A model generated the notes under the pieces. The model had not been told where the DNA came from and made no database searches. It worked only from the letters and a program-made list of their open reading frames with translations. A stretch of 32,000 nt of DNA from Patescibacteria group bacterium (lineage in GTDB: Bacteria; Patescibacteriota; Patescibacteriia; 2-01-FULL-39-33), in NCBI GenBank assembly GCA_041662745.1, contig JBAZRV010000005.1:1-32000 (forward strand), given 5' to 3'. Shown here one piece after another: positions 17,485 to 25,622 of this stretch (the stretch's first letter is position 1; the number at the start of each line of letters is the position of its first letter). The translations under genes were made by a program, and so were the position numbers.

Positions 17485-18567
17485 TTATTCCAAATGGGTG
17501 CTGGCTTTTATAACCAGCAATATGTCATCGTAATTTTGCAAAAATTCCTGCGGTTCTATTTTGTAAGTATTTTCCAATAATTCATCTGCTGTCGGTTTAA
17601 GCTTTGATTTGGATATTTCGTTATAAAAAGCATTGAAATATTTGTCAAACACTTCTTTATCGGTATGATTCTTGAGCCAGCCGAATTTAATCAAAAATGT
17701 GCCGTCGGAATAGATTGAGAATGGCGAAATAGTCGAACTAAGCTTTTTGATTATTGGCGCAAACGAACCATTGGCATTACCAGTACCCCATTTTATCTTG
17801 TCAGTATTCGCTTTGAGATATTCATAAAGCTTAAATACTTTCTCTGCTTCCGCACCTAATTTTTCTTTCGCTTGAATAAAAAAACTTTCTTCATCCCAGA
17901 TTCTCCTTTGGTTAATAGTAGAAACAGACATGCCCTTTTTTACCTCTACGCCAAACAACTTGGGAATCATTATCTCGTACTGCTCGTACTTGTAATATTC
18001 CATTTGAACGGCATAGATATCGAAATGGCTATTCTGGTTGATATAGACAATCAGGTCTTTCAACCTGTCTTCAATCGAATCCATCAGAATAACGAATTTG
18101 ATATTGCCTTGCTGGAGGTTATTTTTAATGGCTTCCAGCATGTCAACTACCTGCTCATCGTCAATATTAAAAAATGCCTTGGCTTTCTCTTCAAAACTGA
18201 CTTTAAATTTATTACTAACCTCACTATTTATCTTAGCGATGAATTCGCTAAAGTCGCTATGGCGCCAAAGCGAAGCTCCGTAATCAAGGGCTTGGGCCAC
18301 GACTGTTCTTTTGTCGGGATTCTTGTAAAGCTTAGTTTCCACGACATAGATGTCGCCATCCTTGTCGATAGCCAAAGCATCGATGGGGCCAGACTCGGTC
18401 GAGAATTCCCTGGCGACAACAAATAGCTTCTTGTCTTCTTCGATTTCATAGACAGGAATGGACTCGGGGTTCTCATGGATATAATTCTGCAAATAGCCTT
18501 CTTTCTCAAAGATAGACTTATCAATCCTCTGAGCCTTTTTGCCGTCTTGAGAAATAATTATGGACAT
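17485..18567 (-). CDS. PD-(D/E)XK nuclease-like protein
   Basis: GPIDALAIDKDGDIYVVETKLYKNPDKRTVVAQALDYGASLW fits a D...ExK core with the ALDYA-type follow-on motif. Confidence 0.7.
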   Translation of the reverse strand: MSIIISQDGKKAQRIDKSIFEKEGYLQNYIHENPESIPVYEIEEDKKLFVVAREFSTESGPIDALAIDKDGDIYVVETKLYKNPDKRTVVAQALDYGASLWRHSDFSEFIAKINSEVSNKFKVSFEEKAKAFFNIDDEQVVDMLEAIKNNLQQGNIKFVILMDSIEDRLKDLIVYINQNSHFDIYAVQMEYYKYEQYEIMIPKLFGVEVKKGMSVSTINQRRIWDEESFFIQAKEKLGAEAEKVFKLYEYLKANTDKIKWGTGNANGSFAPIIKKLSSTISPFSIYSDGTFLIKFGWLKNHTDKEVFDKYFNAFYNEISKSKLKPTADELLENTYKIEPQEFLQNYDDILLVIKASTHLE

Positions 18568-18571
18568 AGGA

Positions 18572-18901
18572 TTATGATTGGCCTACCTTAATACGGGATT
18601 GGATAAAGTCGCTATATAGCTTTTGACCCTCAGGATCGCCTGAAGCGACTACCCCGTCTTTGTTAAGTAGGATGGTTAAATTCAGTGTCTTGGCCGGCTT
18701 ATTGGCAAAATACAGATAAAGGATGCCGGGGATAATAGCGCAACATAATAGCAATAAGGCTAAGAGGCAGCTGCCTTTCTTGGCAGGAATCTGCTTCTGG
18801 TAATTGACCACTTTGTCAGAGTGGCTGATTAGAAGCCAGCCTGAGCCGTTAACGGCCATATAGTCGATGAAGTCATTTAATACTTCGTTTGATTCGCTCA
18901 T
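18572..18901 (-). CDS. Small membrane protein
   Basis: 109 aa with one hydrophobic helix (GSCLLALLLLCCAIIPGILYLYF); 4-nt gap to the PD-(D/E)XK gene. Confidence 0.6.
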   Translation of the reverse strand: MSESNEVLNDFIDYMAVNGSGWLLISHSDKVVNYQKQIPAKKGSCLLALLLLCCAIIPGILYLYFANKPAKTLNLTILLNKDGVVASGDPEGQKLYSDFIQSRIKVGQS

Positions 18902-18922
18902 AGAGTTTTTGGGTTAATAATA

Positions 18923-19106
18923 AAGCCAGCTAAGTGGTTTTAGCTGGCTTGAGAGAATTTGCATAAACACAAAGCCCCACGCCAGCTGAGCCTTACGGCC
19001 CCATACCCGTTTCCAGGCATGACCCAACAAAGAGTCGCTGATCGTGGGGATCAGTATCTTTGTTGGGTATTTTGAGCCATGCCCGCCAAATGACGGGTTT
19101 AGGCTC
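18923..19106 (-). ncRNA. Nested structured non-coding region
   Basis: Four or five nested inverted repeats between 18988 and 19106 plus a separate 11-bp stem (18923-18933/18940-18950) that is T-rich downstream on the minus strand. No ORF. Confidence 0.5.
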
Positions 19107-19286
19107 TGCTTTCGCTATAAATTGTACTTTTATTGTACTATAAAAGGTTCGACTTTGTCCACCATACTAGCTTAAATAACAGAATCCGCGAAGTCGAGTT
19201 ATCAACAGGTTGCCTACTGCCGGGGTCTGGACTCCCAGCCGCCAGTCCGGCATCATGTCCCTTACATAAGAAATAACTTCAAATTT

Positions 19287-20612
19287 ATGGGACTAATAAG
19301 TGACAAGGAAATGGCGGTTTTAGGGCATACCAGGACGTTTGAGGCGGTCTTACCGGTAAAGTACTGTCTTTATGCGAGAAAGTCGACCGAGGACGACGAG
19401 AGGCAGGCTTTGAGCATCGAATCTCAGGTTAAAGAGATGCTGGAGCAAGCCCAAAAAGACAAACTGAATATTGCGGAAATAAAGAGAGAATCCCACTCAG
19501 CCAAAGACTCAGGTGAAAGGCCAGTATTCAATAAACTGATGAGGGAGATTAAGGAGGGAAAATTCGACGGCATCCTGACCTGGGCTCCAGATAGATTGAG
19601 CCGTAACGCTGGCGACTTGGGCAGTATCGTCGATTTGATGGACAGAGGCATGATCAAGGAGATAAGAACGCACGGCCAAACATTCATCAACTCCCCTAAT
19701 GAGAAATTCCTGCTGATGATTCTGTGTTCCCAAGCCAAATTAGAAAATGATAATAAGGGCGAGAATGTTAAAAGAGGATTGAGAGCCAAAGTGGAAATGG
19801 GCTGGAGGCCGGGCATGCCACCGCTCGGTTATCTTCACGACAAGAATGGCGACAAAGGCAAAAGAAGAGCTTTTACTGATCCCAAAAGAGCGCCGATCAT
19901 GAAGCAATTGTTTGATAAAGTTGCCTATGAGGGCTGGAGCGGTCGAGCCATATTCAAATGGCTCGATGAAATGGATTTCAGAACTAGATCGGGCAAGAAG
20001 ATGACCTTAAGCTCAATCTACCTCGTACTCAAAAATACTTACTACTATGGCTACTTTGAATATCCAGTGGGCAGCGGCAATTGGTATAAAGGCGGACACG
20101 AGCCGATTATAACAAAAGAAACTTTCGATGAAGCTCAAATACAACTCACGGTAGCGCCAAAATCCAAACCAGGCACCAAAGAATTCAGCTTCACTAAAAT
20201 GATAAAATGCGGAGCTTGCGGATCAGGTGTAACGGCAGAAGAGAAATACAAAAAACTGAGCGATGGCTCAGTCAAAAAATATATCTATTACCACTGCAGC
20301 AGATTCAATGATCTTAAATGCAAAGAATCCTACATCAGGGAAGAAAACTTAACTATTCAGCTAGTCAAATTAATAGATAAAATCGACATTAATCTTTTGA
20401 AAACCCAAAAGAGAATTAAGGATGAGATAGACCGCTATCAAAAATTCACTAAAAATATCCTAGGTGTAGATAACAAAATAAAGATGCCGGAGATAAATAT
20501 GAAAGACTATGCCAGATATGTTTTGACGGATGGCACTAGAGAAGAAAAAAGAGAACTGCTTAATTGCCTGGATTCTGAATTAAAATTGATGGGGCAGAAG
20601 ATTTATATTTAA
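19287..20612 (+). CDS. Large serine recombinase
   Basis: YCLYARKSTEDDERQALSIESQVKEM...DGILTWAPDRLSRN...GWRPGMPPLGYL; Cys pairs CGACGSG..YYHCSRFNDLKC of the zinc-ribbon domain. Confidence 0.95.
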   Translation: MGLISDKEMAVLGHTRTFEAVLPVKYCLYARKSTEDDERQALSIESQVKEMLEQAQKDKLNIAEIKRESHSAKDSGERPVFNKLMREIKEGKFDGILTWAPDRLSRNAGDLGSIVDLMDRGMIKEIRTHGQTFINSPNEKFLLMILCSQAKLENDNKGENVKRGLRAKVEMGWRPGMPPLGYLHDKNGDKGKRRAFTDPKRAPIMKQLFDKVAYEGWSGRAIFKWLDEMDFRTRSGKKMTLSSIYLVLKNTYYYGYFEYPVGSGNWYKGGHEPIITKETFDEAQIQLTVAPKSKPGTKEFSFTKMIKCGACGSGVTAEEKYKKLSDGSVKKYIYYHCSRFNDLKCKESYIREENLTIQLVKLIDKIDINLLKTQKRIKDEIDRYQKFTKNILGVDNKIKMPEINMKDYARYVLTDGTREEKRELLNCLDSELKLMGQKIYI

Positions 20613-20699
20613 CGCATAATTGCAATATCTCATTCCAATTAATAATACATCTGGTTAATATATTGCCACAGGTAGCGCTGAAAATCTTAAAAAGCTAAA

Positions 20700-22169
20700 T
20701 TATGACGCTTTTAAAAAAATATATGTATTCCTCAATGCAGGAAAAATTCTTAACAGCTTATTAGAATTTTTGTCAAAATCAGGCAAATTTTTAATTGCAA
20801 TCAAAAAATACCTAGCAATTTTCTCTTCGTTAGAGAATAATTGATAAAAATCATTTTTTATGGACATCTTTGAACCATAAGAGCCAAACTTAGCAATAAA
20901 AATTAAATAATATCCAATAAACATAAAATTAGATGTGCCATAAACCTTTTCCTTTTCTAATGACAAAACTAATTCCATGTCAATTTCATTTGCTTTTAAT
21001 AATGCTCTTAAAATAAAAATTTTCTGGTATAAGTAAGGCGACGATTTCAGAACGCTTATTAATAATCGTTGAATATCAACCCTATCTATGTAATCCTCTA
21101 GATAATAACAAATTTCTTTTGAGTAGCATGGATCGAAAAGATTATTTTTTAAAATGCTTTCCAACGGGTGGCTTAAATGTAATCTTTTGAATTTATAGAT
21201 GCAAAACTTAAAAACGGTCTTATTAATTTTGTCAACTGCTCTATTTATTACAGCATCGTCCCACATTTCTTTCAGTTGATCATCAACGAAATCGCAATTA
21301 TCATCATCAAAATCGGACATTAAATAATTAACAAAATCCATAGTGTCAGAATAATTATTTTTATTGGTTGTATGTTTCGAATAATTAATTATCTCAGTTT
21401 TACCGCCATTGAGATGCAGATTTAATGGCCTCAGTAATTCCGTCAATTTGCTTAATGCCCTTCTAACGCCGATTTCATCATCCGAAAATACCCTTATATC
21501 ATCCACAAATCTATAATAATTAAATCCAGACTCGATCATGGACTGATCAACCTCGTATAAATATACATTTGCCAAAAATGAAGCACAATCATTGCCCTGG
21601 CATAATCCAATCTCATCTTCACACCAAGTATTTAAAAGATGGCTTAACTTATCTGAGATTTCTTTTTCTGTTCCTAAATATTTTAATATCTCGATGATTT
21701 TTTTGATTTTGATATGTTCAAAAAATGCGTTGATATCGGTTTTTAAAAGAAACCCATTCGGATTATTAATAAAATTATCATTTGATTTCTTTATAAAACT
21801 TTTCCAACTTTCAATATTTTCATTCCTATTCAAAAAATAATTTTTCTTTTTTGATATCCTATAACCGAAACTGATTTGGCTTGAAACTAGCAACTTATCA
21901 ATATCTTTGCTAAATCTGTTTAGTATTAATTGAAAATACAACCTATCTAGGATAGAAATGAAATATCCTGGCCTCAATATTAAATTCGGCTTCGGTATGT
22001 CTAATATCAATAAGCTATGAGGAGTATAATTATCAAAATCAATTTCATAAAAAATTGATGGATTATTAATATAATCACGATAATTAATGACATCAGGCCA
22101 AAAATCATCGTTTTCATCCTTACTGATATTGCTTACGGCTACATTAATTTCTTCCCTAGTGAAATTCAT
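20700..22169 (-). CDS. Reverse transcriptase with C-terminal helical extension, non-intron type
   Basis: Motif A FLLKTDINAFFEHI, motif B GLCQGNDCASFLANVYLYEVD, motif C YYRFVDDIRVF; about 230 aa after the RT core with no maturase or HNH motif. Confidence 0.88.
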   Translation of the reverse strand: MNFTREEINVAVSNISKDENDDFWPDVINYRDYINNPSIFYEIDFDNYTPHSLLILDIPKPNLILRPGYFISILDRLYFQLILNRFSKDIDKLLVSSQISFGYRISKKKNYFLNRNENIESWKSFIKKSNDNFINNPNGFLLKTDINAFFEHIKIKKIIEILKYLGTEKEISDKLSHLLNTWCEDEIGLCQGNDCASFLANVYLYEVDQSMIESGFNYYRFVDDIRVFSDDEIGVRRALSKLTELLRPLNLHLNGGKTEIINYSKHTTNKNNYSDTMDFVNYLMSDFDDDNCDFVDDQLKEMWDDAVINRAVDKINKTVFKFCIYKFKRLHLSHPLESILKNNLFDPCYSKEICYYLEDYIDRVDIQRLLISVLKSSPYLYQKIFILRALLKANEIDMELVLSLEKEKVYGTSNFMFIGYYLIFIAKFGSYGSKMSIKNDFYQLFSNEEKIARYFLIAIKNLPDFDKNSNKLLRIFPALRNTYIFLKAS

Positions 22170-22234
22170 ATAAACATATTCATTAAAACTGACTAATCCT
22201 TATGATTATTCATCTTAAATTTTCGAACATACAA

Positions 22235-22651
22235 TTACAATTTCGATACTAGCTTATTTTCGATTTTAGACATAGACTTATTAAAATTTCTTTGAGTTAA
22301 TTGGTGTTCCCAAATCCTCAGAACCTTCCATCCCATTCTTTTTAATTTTCTTCTATTCTTAACATCCCGATGAATATTAGCTTCAATTTTAGCGCGCCAA
22401 TACTTCTTTGGCAAGCGTTTTTTCGTATTGCTAAAATTGTAACCGTGCCAAAAATCGCCATCAATAAACACGGCGATTTTTTTGCGTGGCAGGGCGATAT
22501 CCGGCTTGCCCGGCGCCCTTTTATAATGCTTTTGGAAATATACGCCTCTTTTCCTTAATTCACCGAAAACTAAAAGCTCCACTTTGGTGTTCTTGCCCCT
22601 GATCTTAGACATTATCTCGCTTCTTTTCTCTTTTGAAAACACGTCTGCCAT
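22235..22651 (-). CDS. vsr: Very short patch repair endonuclease Vsr
   Basis: FSKEKRSEIMSKIRGKNTKVELLV...YRAPGKPDIALPRKKIAVFIDGDFWHG...WKVLRIWEHQL; YFQKHYKRAPGKPDIA. Confidence 0.93.
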   Translation of the reverse strand: MADVFSKEKRSEIMSKIRGKNTKVELLVFGELRKRGVYFQKHYKRAPGKPDIALPRKKIAVFIDGDFWHGYNFSNTKKRLPKKYWRAKIEANIHRDVKNRRKLKRMGWKVLRIWEHQLTQRNFNKSMSKIENKLVSKL

Positions 22652-22693
22652 AATTCACTGTTGGGATTATTTTCTATTCATTTTCTAATATGA

Positions 22694-22726
22694 TATAATA
22701 TTGTCATACATGTGGATAACTCCACA
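22694..22726 (+). promoter_or_regulatory. -10 element and candidate operator palindrome for the LexA-MTase gene
   Basis: TATAAT at 22694-22699 and perfect palindrome TGTGGA-TAAC-TCCACA at 22711-22726; gene start 22750. Confidence 0.55.
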
Positions 22727-22749
22727 GGAATAAAAAATAACTAGAAAAT

Positions 22750-24300
22750 ATGCCCACACTTACTAAGAAACAAAAAAACGTTCTTGATTTTATTGAGGGC
22801 TATCGCGATAGGAAGCACTATTCCCCCTCCCATGAAGAGATCAAGAATCACTTCAAGCTATCTTCCGTTTCAACTGCGCATCATTATATCTCCAAGTTGC
22901 AGAAGGCCGGATATCTGAAAAAAGAAGATAACCAGCCGAGATCAATAAACCTCTGCTTCGAACCGGTAATCCAGATTGATCTATTGGGCAATATTACTGC
23001 CGGCCAGCCAATCGAAGCGATTGAATTAGGCAAGGAAACAATCGCTATTCCTAGCTATGGACTTAATAGGAATAGTAGCTATTACGCTCTCAAAGTCAAG
23101 GGCGACAGCATGATCGATGAAGGGATATTCGACGGCAGCATCGTAGTCATCAAGAAGCAATCAACTGCTGAAAACGGCCAGACCGTAGTCGCCGTGATAG
23201 ATGATAACGAGGCAACACTGAAAATGATATACCGCGAAAAGAATAAATTCCGCTTGCAGCCAGCCAACCAAAGCATGCTTCCCTTTTACCGCAAAGAAGT
23301 GGAAATCCGCGGGGTAGTGATAAAAATCATCAGGGATTTATATAAAGAAGAGCAGAAATTCAGAACTCTTGATCTATTCGCAGGCGTAGGTGGCATCAGG
23401 CTGGGATTTGAAAAAGCCGGTTTCGAGACCGTATTCGCTAATGACTTTGAAAAAGCCTGCGCAGATACTTATAACAAGAACTTCAAGACTTCAAAATTAG
23501 TAGTAGAGGATATTAGGAGAATCGGAATCGATGATCTGCCTGAATTCGACTTCCTGCTCGGCGGCTTTCCTTGCCAGGCATTCTCAATAGCTGGCTACCG
23601 CAAAGGATTCGAAGATGACAAAGGGCGGGGCAACCTATTCTTTGATGTCGCAAGGATAATAGAAACCAGAAGGCCGACAGGATTCCTAATGGAAAACGTC
23701 AAGAACCTTAAAAGCCATGATAACGGACGGACATTCAAAATCATCAAAGAAACCCTGGAAAACCTCGGCTATCATATCAAAGCCAGGGTTTTGAATAGCG
23801 TGGAGTACGGCAATATCCCCCAGAACCGTGAAAGGATTTACATCGCCGGATTCAGGGACAAAAGGCATTGCGATAATTTCGAATTCCCAAAGCCGGTGAA
23901 ACTGACAAACAAGGTTGCAGATCTTCTCGAAAAAAAAGTTGATGAAAAATATTATTACAATGGAAAGCCTCTTTACCAAAAGCTTAAGGATTTCGTGAAA
24001 GAAAAAAATAAAGTCTACCAATGGCGCCGCCAATACGTCCGTGAAAATAAAAAAGGCGTCTGTCCGACGCTGACTGCGAATATGGGGATGGGCGGCCATA
24101 ATGTTCCGATTATCAAGGATGACAAAGGCATTAGGAAGCTTACGCCGTTAGAATGTTTTAGGCTCCAGGGATTTCCAAAGAGCTTCGAGCTTCCAGCTAA
24201 TTTGGCTGATTCAGCTCTTTACAAGCAGGCCGGCAATTCAGTTACAGTTACAGTATTGGAAGCGGTAGGCAAGCAAATGATGCAGGCTGTCAGCGACTAA
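22750..24300 (+). CDS. LexA-like repressor fused to DNA (cytosine-5) methyltransferase
   Basis: Residues 1-200: LexA-type wHTH, Ala84-Gly85 (GNITAGQPIEA), Ser120 (KGDSMIDEGI), Lys158 (EATLKMIYRE). Residues 205-516: LDLFAGVGGIRLGFEKAGF, GGFPCQAFSIAG, MENVKNL, CPTLTANMG, LTPLECFRLQGFP, QAGNSV. Confidence 0.95.
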   Translation: MPTLTKKQKNVLDFIEGYRDRKHYSPSHEEIKNHFKLSSVSTAHHYISKLQKAGYLKKEDNQPRSINLCFEPVIQIDLLGNITAGQPIEAIELGKETIAIPSYGLNRNSSYYALKVKGDSMIDEGIFDGSIVVIKKQSTAENGQTVVAVIDDNEATLKMIYREKNKFRLQPANQSMLPFYRKEVEIRGVVIKIIRDLYKEEQKFRTLDLFAGVGGIRLGFEKAGFETVFANDFEKACADTYNKNFKTSKLVVEDIRRIGIDDLPEFDFLLGGFPCQAFSIAGYRKGFEDDKGRGNLFFDVARIIETRRPTGFLMENVKNLKSHDNGRTFKIIKETLENLGYHIKARVLNSVEYGNIPQNRERIYIAGFRDKRHCDNFEFPKPVKLTNKVADLLEKKVDEKYYYNGKPLYQKLKDFVKEKNKVYQWRRQYVRENKKGVCPTLTANMGMGGHNVPIIKDDKGIRKLTPLECFRLQGFPKSFELPANLADSALYKQAGNSVTVTVLEAVGKQMMQAVSD

Positions 24301-25481
24301 TCATCCTCGGATTCCCCAGACCTATCTTCCTTTACCTCCCCCGCAAATTCTTCATAAGATCCGACTTTAGTGAAGTCAATGTCATATTTTCCTTCTCCAA
24401 TTTTGTATATTACGACTGAGTCCAAGCCGATCTCCTCTAATTTGCCATAAGTCAAAAGATCTCTTTCTTTCAGATCCAGTATGTCTCGAAGAAGCCACTG
24501 GCCCAGTGCCGAATTAGGATTGCTCATCAACGCCTTTGATCCGTCCTGGCATACCTTGGCTGACATTTCAGCGCCATTCGGCAGGAGCAGGGTGAATGAA
24601 GTGTCGCGCGGAGGGAAAAATCCCGGATATTCAGAATGTATCAATGCCGGGATCGGAATATACACTTCATCAGGATTTCTCGGCCTGCCTAAGGCATTCC
24701 ATTGATTGAGTCCGCTCCTGGCCGGCACTTCTTTAATTCCTTTTTTTGATGAATAAAGCGGAAGAAAAACATGAGTAAGAGCCTTAATGGGCGCAAAAAC
24801 AACTTCCCGTTCAACTTTCCTGAAAACATTTTCAAGCGCATCAAAGGGATTCTCCAGTATTTTTACCGGAAAATCCAATAATGCATCGGATAAATTAAAC
24901 CTTTTGTATAATGTGCTCTTGGTCACATTGAAGGAGTACTCATTGCTGCCGTCGCTGAATGAAATCGCATTCGCATTCTTTCCTGATTTGATATTCCTTA
25001 TTTTTGATAAATTTACCAGATCCATTCCTGATTCATAAACCAAAATACCGCCCTTTTTCCGAGTAACGCAGTGATACATCATTTTTTCCAAACCGAATAT
25101 TCTTTTTGTCGCGTTAATCCGCTCATTCCTCAGCCCGGCTATCTTAATGACTTTTCCCTTATCATCCAAATTTCGGAATAAATTATGCTCGCTATTGAAT
25201 TCAGCGATCTTCTGCATAGTCGCTCCATTGCCTTCAAGGAAAGTTTTGATTCCGATTCCAACTTTATTCTTAGCCGCATCAGCTGAACAGTCGGTTCTGG
25301 ATAAATTGTCGGCATTAAAAGACTTGCAAAATAAATTTTCTGCAATCCTGTATTGGATATACGGCTCCTGGCTTTCTGAAAACAAACGGGACAACGATCC
25401 GATCGTACGGAGCATCTCCTGATAATATGATATGCTTTTCTTGTCCTGCTTATTCAGAAACATATAATGATATTTTCTCAC
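24297..25481 (-). CDS. Probable type II restriction endonuclease partner (family unresolved)
   Basis: Convergent 4-nt overlap with the C5 MTase; PYIQYRIAENLFCKSFNADNLSRTDCSADAAKNKVGIGIKTFL..KIAEFN resembles REase-type D...xK core. Confidence 0.7.
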   Translation of the reverse strand: MRKYHYMFLNKQDKKSISYYQEMLRTIGSLSRLFSESQEPYIQYRIAENLFCKSFNADNLSRTDCSADAAKNKVGIGIKTFLEGNGATMQKIAEFNSEHNLFRNLDDKGKVIKIAGLRNERINATKRIFGLEKMMYHCVTRKKGGILVYESGMDLVNLSKIRNIKSGKNANAISFSDGSNEYSFNVTKSTLYKRFNLSDALLDFPVKILENPFDALENVFRKVEREVVFAPIKALTHVFLPLYSSKKGIKEVPARSGLNQWNALGRPRNPDEVYIPIPALIHSEYPGFFPPRDTSFTLLLPNGAEMSAKVCQDGSKALMSNPNSALGQWLLRDILDLKERDLLTYGKLEEIGLDSVVIYKIGEGKYDIDFTKVGSYEEFAGEVKEDRSGESEDD

Positions 25482-25525
25482 TTTACCGCTATTGTGTCAA
25501 TTCGAATATAAACTGCCGAAAGCCA

Positions 25526-25575
25526 GTCTAGAACCAAAACGACCGGTTCGCCAGTGGCGGATCGGTCGCGCAGGA
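25526..25575. repeat. Dispersed hairpin repeat (copy C)
   Basis: GTCTAGAACCAAAACGACCGG identical to 27472-27492, then variable hairpin, CGGTCG and GGAAAACAAGTTC as in copies A and B. Confidence 0.75.
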
Positions 25576-25622
25576 AAACAAGTTCTTGGTTTTTATATTT
25601 GGATATAATAATGAAATTTAAT

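Noticed and set aside
20700-22169. Retron or group II intron assignment for the RT
   Set aside because: No maturase/HNH domain, no recognisable intron domain V/VI, and no obvious msr/msd beside the gene; only 65 nt separate it from vsr. The structured region at 18.9-19.1 kb is on the far side of the recombinase, so linkage is unsupported.
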